In this document: positions 49,463 to 62,802 of the stretch, in pieces
Numbering within the stretch: the first letter of the stretch is position 1
Layout of the letters: every line of letters begins with the position of its first letter
DNA from: Squalus acanthias
Taxonomy: Eukaryota
DNA: 64,000 bases
Reading direction: 5' to 3'
NCBI GenBank assembly: GCA_030390025.1
Contig: CM059432.1
Location: 36,830,001 to 36,894,000 of the forward strand
The notes under the pieces: generated by a model
What the model was told of the DNA's origin: nothing
Seen by the model: only the letters and a program-made list of their open reading frames with translations
The model's database searches: none
Program-made: the position numbers and the translations under genes

Positions 49463-51675
49463 TTTTTTTTTCTCAGTTATACACCCTTCACCATTTTACA
49501 TAACCTCCCCAGATTAGTAAAAAACCCCTCACACAGCATTACATATTCCTTTAAAGTATTCCACAACATTTTGCAAATAAAACACATCAAAACTAGAAGC
49601 TGTGTTCTCACTCAGCTAACCTGACGCTGACGTGGAGAACACCTCAATCTGTTGTAGTTGCAACTGAAATACTGAAATTCACAAAACAAGACACCAATCC
49701 CATCAACAGAGTTCAATTCAAATAACCAACTTCACCTCGACTATAACAATAAATTTAGGACAGCACTTGTTTGGAAAAGTGTCATCAGGGAGATTACGTG
49801 GTGATGTTAAGAAACAGGGTTTTTCTGAGGCGGTTTATCATCCTCAGGAGTTGTCATCACTTGGAAGCAATCAATCTCCAGAACATCAACCCCAGGTCTC
49901 CTGGAAGTTCTAATGACACTCTTTAACAGTACCGAGTTACAAGCATAGGTACAGCAAAACCAAGGCTTTAATAACTTTTGTCACAAAAAAATCAAAGTCA
50001 ACCCAAGTTATCCAAAGTGAATAATCACCAAAGTCTTGTGTAATCAACACCAGATCTGCTTCAGAATCAGATACCTTAGAAATCATGCAAGTCTCCAAGG
50101 ATAGCCATGTTTTCCAAATACTAAACCACGACTGTCACGCGACAGATTCTGGTCTTTCTTGTACTCTCAAATAGAAAAACGAAATTATAGCACCCTTTCA
50201 TAACTGAATCATGGTGCCTCAGGAACTCAAAATTGTTGAACTCCTCAACTCCCTCAGTCTTCCCTTCCTCCTACAATCCACGGGCATTTAAAGCAAAGGT
50301 TGGTGTCAACTCACGGTAACTTCCTGATTTCCCTCATCTTCTCTTCTGCTTAATCCACTTTGGTAGTGCCCTGGGTATGTCAATAAATAAAAATAATTCA
50401 AAAGATGAACCAGTTAGCTGCCGCATTGTAAGCAGCTGGAATGCAAAATGTTTTCGGAAAAATAAAAGGCTACTCGGTTCAAACGAACCCGGCTCTTTTT
50501 CATAGCTCACCTCATCAAGCTGCTTTTTCATTACATCCCTCAATCCCTTCTCTCCAGAGAAGCCTCCACTTTTCTTTTAATCATTTATACCATCTTATTT
50601 GATGGCCTTCCTTGGTAACTTATTCCACAACTCTTCAGCCCAACTTGCTGCCCAACTTACTCATTTTTAATTTTTCTCAGTCTACTTTGAACGCTGCATT
50701 CAAATGCCAATCAGCATTTTCTGTTTTGCAGAACACAAGTTAAGGGGGATGGCAAACTGTGAGAAAGAATGCAGAAGCCTGCAACAAGACATAGGTAAGG
50801 GCTGAGCAGAGGAACAGGTTGCAAGGAGTTGCTGCATGCGAAAATTCAATGCAATGAAATTCAATTAATATCAGTAGAGATGGTCATCAATTACTACAGC
50901 TTTCAGCAATTGAACCATTGACCGAGTGCAGAGTAACGAGTGGCACTGTGAGGTTCATTCAGTGAAAGTGGGGTAAAACAGGAATGATGGCTGACAACAC
51001 CCAATGGTTGACAAGGTGTTTTTGCTGTGTGTTATATAGATGGCTGCAACCAGCCCATCTCTATTGCTCCCACACCTTCCTGCACCACAAGTGAAGCAGC
51101 TTTCAGGGCACGAATTTGCTTTGTGATTCGCCTAAAAATTTAAAACTACACAGATTCTCTTTTTTTTTTAATCCTCAGAAGGGTTGCGCAACAGACAGCA
51201 AGTTGGCAGCAGCCAGGTGTTTTCTTCCTCCCACCAGTGAAGTTGTCCACGGGTAGTTTTGCTAACTAGAAGTACAAATGTATGAAGCCATATCTGAAAT
51301 CAGCGCTGTAATATAAAGGAGATGCAACCTCTCCATCAAGCTCAGCAACTTCCCTCAACAAATTCCCAGGTGTCACAGAGAACCTTCCACACTTACCCAT
51401 AAACCAACAAAAAACTGGTTATTTATCTCATTGCTACTTGTGGAATCTTGGTGTGTACAAAGTGGCTGACATATTTTGCCTAAATAAAAGTCACTACTCT
51501 CCAAAGTAATTCATTGTGTGTGAAATGCCGAGATGTTTCTGAATAGAATGATTCAGTGCTACGTAAATGCAAATTGTTTATTTCTCCAGTTAATTCTGCT
51601 CAGATAAGGGCAATTTTAAGCTGGACTGTGACACATCAGTGGTCAAATAGACTGTCAACATGCATGGTCCAGGCT

Positions 51676-53618
51676 TTTTTTAAATTTGTTTATGGGATCT
51701 GGGCGTCGTTGGCAAGCTCAGTATTTATTGCCCATCCCTAATTGCCCTTTTGAAGGTGCTGGTGAGCCGCCTTCTTGAACTACTGCAGTCCATACAGTGA
51801 AGGTACTCCGACAGTGCTGTTAGGGAGGGAGTTCCAGGATTTTGACCCAGCGACGATGAAGGAACGGCGATATATTTCCAAGTCAGGATGGTGTGTGACT
51901 TGGAGGGGAATGTGGAGGTGGTGATGTTCCCATGCGCCTGCTGCCCTTGTCATAAGAACATAAGAAATAGGAGCAGGAGTAGGCCAATCGGCCCCTCGAG
52001 CCTGCTCCGCCATTCAATAAGATCATGGCTGATCTGATCCTAACCTCAAATCTAAAGAACACAAGAAGTAGGAGCAGGACCCGGCCACTCAGCCCCTGGG
52101 CCCGCTCCGCCACCCACAGGGCCTTGACCGAACCGAACTCAGCCTCATGTCCAATTTCCTGTCCGCTCCCCGTAACCCCTAATTCCCTTTACTTCTAGGA
52201 AACTGTCTATTTCTGTTTTAAATTTATTTAATGATGTAGCTTCCACAGCTTCCTGGGGCAGCAAATTCCACAGACCTACTACCCTCTGAGTGAAGAAGTT
52301 TCTCCTCATCTCAGTTTTGAAAGTGCAGCCCCTTATTCTAAGATTATGCCCCCTCGTTCTCGTTTCACCCATCCTTGGGAACATCCTTACCACATCCACC
52401 CGATCAAGCCCCTTCACAATCTTATATGTTTCAATAAGATCGCCTCTCATTCTTCTGAACTCCAATGAGTAGAGTCCCAATCTACTCAACCTCTCCTCAT
52501 ATGTCCACCCCCTCATCCCCGGGATTAACCACCTTCTAGGTGGTAGAGGTCGCGGGTTTGGGAGGTGCTGTCGAAGAAGCCTTGGCGAGTTGCTGCAGTG
52601 CATCTTGTAGATGGTACACACTGTAGCCACGGTACGCCAGTGGTGGAGGAAGTGAATAATTAAGGTGATGGATGGGGTGCCAATCAAGCGGGCTGCTTTG
52701 TCCTGGATGGTGTCGAGCTTCTTGAGTGTTGTTGGAGCTGCACTCATCCAGGCAAGTGGAGACTTTTCCAACACACTCTTTACTTATGCCTTGTAGATAG
52801 TAGAAAGGCTTTGGGGAGTCAAGAGGTGAGATACTCGCTGCAGAATACCTAGCCTCTGACCTGCTCTTGTTGCCACAGTATTTATGTGGCTGGTCCAGCT
52901 AAGTTTCTGGTCAATGGTGACGCCCAGGATGTTGATGGTGGGAGATTCGGCGATGGTAATGCCGTTGAATGTCAAGGGGCGGCGGTTAGACTCTCGCTTG
53001 TTGGAGATGGTCATTGCCTGGCACTTGTGTGGACCGAATGTTATCTGCCACTCATCAGCCCAAGCCTGAACGTCGTCCACCTCTTGTTGCATGCGGGCAC
53101 GGACTGCTTCATTATCTGAGGAGTTGCGAATGGCACTGAACATTGTGCAGTCATCGGCGTACATCCACATTTCTGACCTTATGTTGGAGGGAAGGTCATT
53201 GATGAAGCAGCTGAAGATGGTTGAGCCGAGGACACTGCCCTGAGGAACACCTGCAGCAATGTCCTGGGGCTGTGATGATTGACCTGCAACCACCACAGCC
53301 ATCTTCCTTTGTGCTAGGTATGACTCCCGCCAGTGGAGAGCTTTCCCCCTGATGCCTACTGACTTCAGTTTTACTAGGGCTCCTTGATGCCACACTCGGT
53401 CAAATGCTGCCTTGATGTCAAGGCAGTCACTCTCACCTCACCTCTGGAATTCAGCTCCTTTGTCCATGTTTGGACCAAGGCTGTAATGAGGTCTGGAGCT
53501 GAGTGGTCTTGGCGGAGCCCAAACTGGGCATCAGTGAGCAGGTTATTGGTGAGTAAGTGCCGCTTGATAGCACTGTCAATGACACCTTCCATCACTTTGC
53601 TGATGATTGAGAGTAGAC
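51676..53618 (-). mobile_element. Crack/Daphne-like LINE, 5'-truncated, interrupted by a CR1
   Basis: AQFGLRQDHS, WHQGALVKL, GVPQGSVLG, MYADDCT, LGVTIDQKLSWTSHIN. Confidence 0.9.
51951..52531 (-). mobile_element. Young CR1 3' fragment with duplicated terminal unit, nested in a LINE
   Basis: Host reads cccttgt|ccttctagg across the insertion; LIPGMRG...KGIRGYGE. Confidence 0.9.
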
Positions 53619-56600
53619 ACTAACACACACATTTGGGCAGGCTAAGTAGCACACACTGCATCTCGTGGAACCATACATGATCTGCAGGCATTACCCTCAG
53701 AAAAGGAATGGACATTGAGGGAAAAAATACTTAATTAACATTTACACACAGCACCAACCTCACAAAGTCAATGAAAAAACCCTCACTCAACATTTTCAAT
53801 TTCATTACTGGTTCAGAACAATCACCAGTGGCCTCAATTTGCCCACCAGCTCTGTTGTGTCTCTGCCTAAAAATTCTCAGTTAGTTCCCACCGATTCTTG
53901 GACTCCAAGCAACCCATGATCCTACATGTATGATGGGGCTTTGTGCCAGCATTTTTACAATAAACACTGGCTCCTAATACTTCTGTTGCAGAAAGGTTCT
54001 GAGGCAAAATACCAACTTGGTGTAGACATATTAGGAATAAAGATGCCACTTAATAAGGAGCCTCCCAACAATATTCAGTGCGGCGATGGAAATACATTAT
54101 ACATAGAAATACATTGTTACAACACAGAAAGAGGCCATTATGCCCAAATTATCCATGTTTGTTTTTGTTAGGTAAGGGTATCAGCGATACGGAGCAACGG
54201 TGGGAAAATGCAGTTGAGGTGCAGATCATCCATGATCTAATTGACTAGCAGAGCAGGCACGAGGGACTGAATGGCCCACTCTTGTTCCTTATGTTACTAT
54301 GTCATTCACACTCCACACAAAGAAACAGTTCAAATTACATTTACCAACCATGAGCCCAATTTCCTTCATCCCCTTTTCCCTCATCCACCTAACCAATCTA
54401 ATCTTGAATGGGACATAATTTCTGCCTCAACCATTAACCCTTGGAGTGAATTCCACAGCCTCGCAACTCTGCATGAAGAAGTTTCTCCTTCCCTCTGTTC
54501 TAAATAGCTTACATTTAACCTCTTAGCTACGGCCCTTCAACAACAAGAAACAGTCTGCCTCAATCTAAGCCGTCCCAATCTTCCAGAATTTTAAACACTA
54601 ACATATCCCCCCAATCGATGTAGCTCGAACAAAAATGACAATTTTTCACAAAGACACGCATATAGTTGAGGGTGAAAAGACCTGGGACACAATCACAAAC
54701 AAAAGACTAGAAATTGAAGAAATTGGTTCAAGAGGATAAAACCCTGCAAATGTACTAAAAACAGAAAATGCAAGTATAACACAGTGGGTCCACCAGTCCC
54801 TATAGAGATAACAGATGAACACTATGGTTTCAGAACCCCCCCGTCAGTGTTCTAACTTCGGGTACACACCAAGCCAATGCTACATGCAAGGACCCCTTTG
54901 CCAGCACGGAATTCTGATGAATGGTCTAGATCAGAAATGTCAACCTCCCTCCCCTCCCAATATTACCAGACCCACTCCACATCACTAACATGCTATACCA
55001 CAACGAAAATGAAGTGGAGAATTCTATCTTGCCCAGGGAGCATAGTAATAAGGGGAGGAAAGGATGAAAAAAACAAGTGACAAAATTATTTTTTTGGTCT
55101 AGCGTTGATTTGATAACTGTCCTGTAAAAATTACATGTGAAGATTAGCAGCCAGCTAAAGCCAATGTTGTACTGGGCCTGTCCTGATACTGTTTTAAGTT
55201 TCATCAGTTACAAGCCTGAGAGAGAGAGAGATCATTACACTTGTTGCTGTGCGATTGAGTCAGTTTGCAGTTAACTGACAGTTCCTTTTAGAATTTCAGA
55301 GGTCAGATATTCAAATTTGGGTGACTCCCTATAACTCTTTTCCATGATTTCAGAGAGGATGCAGCTTGAAATCTCAGAGGCCAGTCAGTCGCAGTCCATT
55401 TTCCTTTAGGGAAAAACACTGCATCTCTTCTAAAGTCATTTATACCGGATTAGCTTCGCTCTTAGAATTGTGATCTTTTTATAATTTTGTCCACGACTGT
55501 AATATATAATTATATAATATTTATGACTGTTTATGAGCTTGTTCAGCTTTTGTCAAATAAATATGCTGCATATTTCAAACTTGAAATAAGAACTGATGGG
55601 ATATTCTATTGTCTTCGAAGATGTGAGTGAGATCTCACGAAGGCACAAGATAAATCGAGTAGCTAAAATCGAGCAACTAAAAGCAATTAGCAGACAAAGT
55701 TTGCTGTTCCTTTCCTGTGTGCATTTTTAAAAACATATACATTAGTAGAATGAAGGAGACAATCATTTTCACTGTCGCTCCATATTATCGCAAAAAATTT
55801 GATCAGGCATAACTGAGCATTGACACACAGCCAGGTCAACATGAGGCATGCTAAGATTTTTGGTGAGTCACTTTTTTGGGCTGCTGTTTTTATAAACTCT
55901 CAGAATCTCAGGTCTCAGAACTTTTTTTTAAAAATGCTGAACAATTCATTATTCTCTGCTTGAATGCGCAGCCTCGAGTAATCAGGAGCAAGAAATTCAG
56001 CAAGTCAACATACAAGTCATCTGGCAAAGCACAGAAATTGCCGAGTGGCAGGGTGATTCTGTGGGGTGAGACTGAGAGCCGAGTTTTGGAGCTCCTTGTT
56101 CAACGCTGTCAACAAACTTTCCTTGTGGAACTGCACAACTCTGGAGATGTTTTGAGCCTGATGGGTGCCTAAACTGATCGACTTTCATTTATGAAGGGTT
56201 CAGCCCGTTCTCAAGGACAATGTGGGCATCTCCACCACAGCTATTCATTAAAAATCCCACCACTTTAATTGTACTTCCTGTCATTTGATCATTAAACATT
56301 ATACTTGTGGAGAACTCTGAAGTCTAGTCTCTCCAGGCCAGGAAGTGGAACACAGAGAGCATTGCATATGGACGTCAATACACGATGGAGATTTAAAAGT
56401 CACTTTAATACGATCTTGAACAACACTCTTAATTCTCAAATTGCTGCCACCACCAGTACTTCACCCCAACCATGGACAGCTGTTCTAAACAACCAAACAT
56501 TGGAAGGACAAGAACTACAACTGCGCTGTTGGGTGTTTTTCCACAGTTTGTGGATGAGAATTTCAAACAGCCACCTTGGTACTTTATTGAAATCCTGCTG

Positions 56601-58075
56601 GGGGGAAAAATTGTGCCTGGAGTACAACTCCATGGGAATTTCACACATCTGCCATTAGGCTATACTGAAGCCCAAGCGATAGAACTGAAGTATATATGGC
56701 AAAGAAGAGGTTTGCTGCTACAATTTTTAGCTGGAAAATTGTCAGAAAGGAGCTGTTTAATCCTGAGCAAAGCTGGTAGAAAAGTCTCGTCATCATTGAT
56801 CCATAACCAACTACTGCCATAGCAAACAACTCCACGCTACAAAGGGGAGATTTTACACACCACACACAAAATAAATTGTACATTCCCCATGCAAGAATTT
56901 CTTTCCATAAGTTCCTCTCAAACTTCTTTCCTTTATACCCTGATTTTGTTAGCTTTCCTTTACTCCTCTCCGAAACACATGCAAATGCTTTGTCCAAGTA
57001 GCTAGTGATGAAATGTGACTCCAGGCAGTGAATATCATAGGCTAACCAATCATGGAGGTCCAGCACATCGGAGCCTGATCCTGCCCTCACACCAATGTCC
57101 CTAAACACATACAAACAGGGGTGCACTTTGCAGCAAGTGTCACAGACAACAAACAGAAGCAGGAAGCTGGAGTAATTTTTCGTACTCAGGGCACTGAGCC
57201 CAACTCCTGCACCTGCTGATATCAGCAAATTTGGCGCACACTATAGACTGAACCCGGACCCTTCTGGTCTGTATGGGTTAACACGAGGTGGTGCCTTCAT
57301 CCTGTAAGCCACTGGGGAGCCAGAAAACATTTACAGGTGGATCATTTCAGCAGAGAAATGATACCGACAGTGAACAGATCCCAAAGCACTTTGACTTGTT
57401 GCTTTTATCCAGAACTGGGCAGTGGATCGCACAGCAAAAGAAATGGCAAAGATAAGAAAAGAACATGAAAAATACTGGAAAAGCACCCACCTTTTGATTA
57501 TTTTCAAACAGTTATACATTGACTAGAGGTAGGAATTGCCTTGTGTTTACATAATTACTTTACAAGTATTCACTATCGGCTGAAATTGGAGCTCCCATGA
57601 CAGATTTCAGAAAGGAACTAAACAGTCTTAGAATATCTCTAACCAGCAGATTTGTCCAAATCTCGACCTCTGTTCTAAGCCCAGACCATGAGTATTGGCA
57701 GTATTGTTCCCCCAATTTTTTTGGGGGTGCGGGCCTCTTTGGGCTGCACAGCCCCTTATTCACAGTTATGCACAAAACTTAACATTGGAAAAGCCGGTCC
57801 CGGGCTGCGCGTTGGGAACCCTGGTTGGCAGGTCACAAACCCATAAGGGCACCACAGCCAATTCCAATCCTCTTAGAATCATGAAATCATAGAATCTTAG
57901 AAGGAGGCCATTCGGCCCTTAGTGCCTGGGCCAGATCTTTAAAAGAGCTGTCCAATTTAATGCCACACCCAGCTTTTTCCCCCCATAACCCTGCAAGTTA
58001 GTCCTCTTCAAGTACCTGTCCAATTGCTTTTGAAAGTTCCTGTGGAATCTGCTTCAACCACCCTTTCATGTAGTG

Positions 58076-60461
58076 CAGCGGTTCCCAACCTGTGGTCCGT
58101 GGACCGAGCGTACTGCAGGTGGTCCGTGAAAAAAAATAATTATGATACTGTAAAATCACGTGTACCTCCTATGTATCATATTCGATATTACATTATTATT
58201 CGCAATGTAATATGCTTCACAAACATCCTAGTGATTCTCTGAATTTAAATAGTGTGGCGCTTTTACGTGACGTCAATGTGAACCAACGCTCTTAGAAAAT
58301 TCGACGGTTAGAGCACGGGAATCAAAAAATGGATCGGTGGCTTTTATCTGGCATGCTTAAGCGAACTCTCTATGGTCAAAATGACAGTGAGACATCAGCA
58401 AATGAAACTCAGCACAACAAAAGTAAGCAAAAAGTGAGGAGAAAATACAGCAGTGAATACTTAAAACTAGGATTTACTTACACTGGAACTGAGAACGAAC
58501 CGTTACCAGTATGTGTCGTGCGCTATGATGTTCTGTCGAATGAAAGCCTAAAGCCCGCTAATCTTCACCGTCATCTTGAGACTAAGCATGGGGAATACGT
58601 GTCCAAGCCAATTGGATTTTTTTACAACCAGCTCAAAGAATTTCAACGTAGCAAGACAATTATGGAATGCACATCTAAAGGCAGTGATAATGCTAAGGCG
58701 GTGGAGGCCTCGTACCAGGTAGCTAGGCTTATAGCAAAGACAGGGAAGCCGCACACAATTGGGGAGGTGTTGATATTGCCAGCGGCTAAGGAGATGGTGG
58801 GTGTTATGCTGGGAGAGGGGGCCTGCAAGCAAATTAACATGATTTCATTGTCGGATAACACAGTTCAACGCAGAATTGATGAGGTGGCTCAGGACTTGTG
58901 TGATCAGCTAAAAGCGAGAATGCAAGCGAGTCGTTTTTATGCACTTCAACTGGATGAATCAATGGACATTGCAAACCTTTCAAACCTGATCACCTATGTA
59001 AGGTATGAACACAATGGAGAGATACATGAGGATTTTCCCTTTTGTAAATCGTTGCCCACACGCTCAACTGCAGCGGCTATTTTTGGAATGTTGAACAGTT
59101 TCATTATTGAAAATGGGATTGATTGGTCAAAATGTGTCGGACTTGGCACAGATGGGGCCCGTGCGATGTTAGGCCAACACAGTGGGGTTGTTGCACGTGT
59201 AAGAGCAGTGGCTCCGCCAGCATCATCCATTCACTGCAGCATCCATAGGGAGGCGTTAGCTGCAAAGAAAATGCCTGCTGATCTCAAGACAATTTTGGAG
59301 GAAGCCGTTAAAACTGTTAATTATATCAAGGTCCGTCCACTGAATTCGCGAATATTTGCAGCTATTTGTGACGAGATGGGCAGTGATCACCATCAACTAC
59401 ATCTGCACACCGAGGTCCGCTGGCTGTCCCGAGGAAAGGTACTCACTCGTCCTTTAGAGTTGCATGATGAGGTGAGAATTTTTTTTACTGGACTCAAAGT
59501 TTGAACTTTCACATCGCTTCGGTGATTTTCAGTGGCTTGCCAAATTGGCATATATGGCAGATATTTTCGATCACTTGAATGATCTCAATCTGCGTCTTCA
59601 GGGAAAATCAGTGACATTCTTTCATGTGCAGGACAAAATAGAAGCGATGATCAAGAAAATAGAGATGTGGGCCAAACGACTTGAGCAGTCAAATTACGAC
59701 TCGTTTGCGAATCTGTCTGATTTTTTGGTCACGGCAGAGATGCAGCTTCCAAACAGTGTGAAACATATCATCAGAGAGCACCTCCAAAGTTTGAAAATAA
59801 ACATATGCGAGTACTTCCTTGTGCCTGACACAAAATTCAACTGGATATGAAATCCCTTTGCGAGCCTTGATGATGACATCCTCGCAAGCCTGACCTCGAC
59901 AGAGCAAGACAACCTTGTGGAACTGTCCTGTGACAGTGCTTTAAAGCAGGATTTCTCTCGGCAATACCTGACTGACTTTTGGCTTAAAGTTGCTTCGGAA
60001 TATCCAGCACTGTCCGACAAGGCAGTAAAGTTTCTAATGCCTTTTCCCACAACCTACCTTTGCGAAACTGGATTTTCTGTGCTTGTCGCATTGAAGACCA
60101 AATACCGGAATAAACTTCAAGTTGAACCAGATCTCCGATTGAGACTGTCATCGCTGGAACCTGAGATCCAGCGTTTGACGTCTGCGAAACAACATCAGCC
60201 TTCTCATTAGGTAAGTGTTATCTTTTCCCCACTGGTAGGCCTACTGCAGGTAAATGTGCTGAGACCAGTGCCAGTGCAATGTATTTGTGAGTGAGCAGAA
60301 TAAATGATTAGAAACAGCTGCGTTTTTAATACCTGTTGATATATAAGTTTGACTCCCGTCAGCCATAGGCTATGTTAAAAAAAATTAAACGGCTAGTGGT
60401 CCGCAGAAGCTTTTGAGGACGATGTAGTAGTCCGCATAAAGGAAAAGGTTGGGAACCGCTG
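58076..60461 (+). mobile_element. Full-length hAT DNA transposon, Buster (Charlie/SPIN-related) type, 2,386 bp
   Basis: 16-bp TIRs cagcggttcccaacct (58076-58091, 60446-60461); 8-bp TSD atgTAgtg (58068-58075, 60462-60469); subterminal gtggtccg repeats. Confidence 0.96.
58329..60210 (+). pseudogene. hAT Buster-type transposase (ZBED5/SCAND3-like), ~626 aa reconstructed; one frameshift and one nonsense
   Basis: BED finger remnant CVVR..HLETKH, LQLDES, TDGARAM, HCSIHREAL, EVRWLSRGKVL, TTYLCETGFS; +1 T at 59479-59486; TGA at 59848-59850 in WI*NPF. Confidence 0.94.
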
Positions 60462-60689
60462 ATGTAGTGCATTCCAGATCGTAACAACCCTCAGTGTGAC
60501 AAGATTTCTCTTCATTCCCCTTTAAGTTCTTTTACCAAATATTTTAAATCTATGACCTCTGGTTACTGACCCACTTAGAATCAGTTTCTTCCTACTTGCT
60601 CTATCAAAACCCCTCAATTTTGAATATTAGGTCTCTCTCTGCTCTAAGGAGAACAATCCCAGCTTCACCAATGTCTCCATATAATGCCA

Positions 60690-61020
60690 TGCAGATGCAC
60701 TTTCCAGAAGAGTTACCGGATATAAAGAGGAAATGGAACCCCAGTTGATTATTTTTCACCTTCGTCGGCCAGGACAAGACGACTAATTGCAGTGTCCAAA
60801 CTGTTGGCCAAAGTGCACTTGGCTTAAAGGCATAAATCAGTCGTGATGACTATGCCCAGTCCAATGATCCTTTCTGGAAGTTCACGTCATCAGATGTAGA
60901 CAGGATTAGCCATCACTGTGATATCTCCTACAACTGATCTATTTGCCAATATTCACTGACTAGGCTTACACATGAATAATGGCCTTTTACGCAAGGTACA
61001 GGAAATGACCAGCACTGGAA
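60690..61020 (-). mobile_element. Old unnamed SINE-like repeat fragments
   Basis: Homology to 18960-19265 and 14100-14430. Confidence 0.45.
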
Positions 61021-61344
61021 CAAAAACAATGCCTTCACCAGAGAGGAAGGGACAACAATTAGGAAGAGAAAAATTAATGAGGAAAAAAGTTAGCTTCAAC
61101 CATTTTTGTGTACATGTCGCATAATGAGGCAATTCTGAGAAGGACAAATATTTCAAAACTCTGATCCCAGCAGCTGCTAAAAACAATAATACTTGGAGAA
61201 ACTGCAGTCGACATGAATGGGCCAGGCACAAATTTCCCACCGCCCAATATATGACTCAGCGACCCTGGTTTAGACATTGATGGGTAACTCTGCATACAAA
61301 GTTCGCCCACGGGACGAGAGAGCAAAGTATCAAGCCAAATAGAT

Positions 61345-61700
61345 CAAAAACTACCAAATTCAAATTCCTGGCCTATGCCAAGTTAACTAATCTCATTCAG
61401 GATGCGGCAATTAGCCTCAGTGGCCCTGGGTTGGGGCTGTGGGGGGAGGGGGGGGGGGGGGGGAGAGAAAGAGTGAGAAGAAATACCTGAAGCCAGGGCT
61501 CCCACTCCGAGCAGTTATCCAGTGACCCCAAATGGAAAGTGTGCCAATGTAGAACCAGCGATGACAGTATTCGGCTTAGTTTTGATGCCCTCAGACTGCC
61601 TGCCAAATACCAACTGTCGAGGTCTACAGATGAAGAATTGCAACCTGCGCAATGTGATAGAGATGAACTGTATCTCATATTAGATTTCAGGAATGGAGGA
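61345..61700 (+). mobile_element. Old unnamed SINE-like repeat
   Basis: ttcaaattcctgg, aattagcctcagtggccctggg, tatccagtgacccc, gatgaagaatt. Confidence 0.55.
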
Positions 61701-62439
61701 GAGAAAATTGTAAAGGAAAAATAAATTCTGCATGGAAGTGACAAGGTAACCAATTGGATATAAATATTTAAGTTACAAAATGCCGGTTCAGACTCTCCCC
61801 ACATCACTGGAACACAACATTGGTGGAGCATTTTATTATTTGGGAAATATGATCACTTTCTTCTTACTTCACTGCATCTCCAATTCACAACTGACAACCT
61901 GAACAATGTTTTGTTCTTACTGAAAGATACCACATCACATGCGTAAAAGGAAGTCTTTAACGAGCCTGCTGCAACATCTTAGCCATCAGTCAGTACATCT
62001 TCCACTTGGTGAAGTTGCTTGCTCTCTCAAACAAGAAACTTATGAACTGGCTTTCTATAGCGGAAAATCTGCACAGGAGTCAAAGCAGCTGCACAATGTT
62101 CCCTTAGGACTCTTGGCCACATATCTTCCTGAGTGTACATTTTTCTGGAGTTCAAAAATAAAAATAAATTTCACGGATTTCACGAGAAGCCAGCCAGGCT
62201 GTGATTATTGCACATGAAGATGAAGATTGGATTCCAAAGTTTCCAAACTTAGTGAAGCTTCAAAAGTGCAAGGTGCAGTGAGGCCCCTTGCCCGATCTGT
62301 CCAAGGTACTAAAACTACAACTCAGTGAAGTTACCCTTCTGGAAGATATCCAATGACTTCCCCAATGTCTCAGTGTGGTTACTTAGTGAGTATATGAATC
62401 ATACAGGCTAGGAAAGTCCTAGCATCCATCAGTTTTGTT

Positions 62440-62745
62440 ATATGTTCTTGGGATGTTGTTGTGGTTGGGATGTGGGCAACACTGGCAAGTCCGAATTTAT
62501 TGCCGGTCCCAAGTTGCCGATGACAAGAGGAGACCACCCGTAGTGTGGGACTAGAGCCACAGGAAAGGGAGACAGAGTAGAGGTGGCACATTTCCTTCCT
62601 TGAAGGGCATTACTAAGTCAGTTGGGGTTTGATAATAAAATGGGAGCTTTCATAATAATTTCTGGTGCTTGTCCACAAATCACCAGATTTATTAAATTCC
62701 ATTTCTCTGGGTTGTTAGTTCAGTACCATAACCACGAGGCTACAG
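62440..62745 (-). mobile_element. Old SINE with Crack-like tail (related remnants at 32810-32980 and 34215-34475)
   Basis: gggatgtgggcaacactggcaag..atttattgcc tail; cagtaccataaccacgaggctac head. Confidence 0.55.
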
Positions 62746-62802
62746 TACTCTCATAGTATAGATCTGTGGACTGTGCACAGTTAACCGATTTCAGCCAGGG
62801 CA

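Larger units (their letters stand above)
57875..60685 (-). mobile_element. CR1 3' fragment split by the hAT element (57875-58075 + 60462-60685)
   Basis: accaccctttc-atgtagtg-cattccagatc is contiguous CR1 sequence (cf. 62925-62960). Confidence 0.8.

Noticed and set aside
52145..52774. 209-aa chimeric ORF fusing two LINE C-termini
   Set aside because: In-frame junction expected by chance (1 in 3) at a nested insertion; non-ATG start, no catalytic domain
56305..57228. Overlapping 116-195 aa ORFs
   Set aside because: No recognisable domains, mostly non-ATG starts; consistent with chance ORFs
58329..60210. Domesticated host gene (ZBED5/SCAND3/ZBED8-like)
   Set aside because: Intact TIRs and TSD, insertion within a CR1, a frameshift and a nonsense codon indicate a transposon copy
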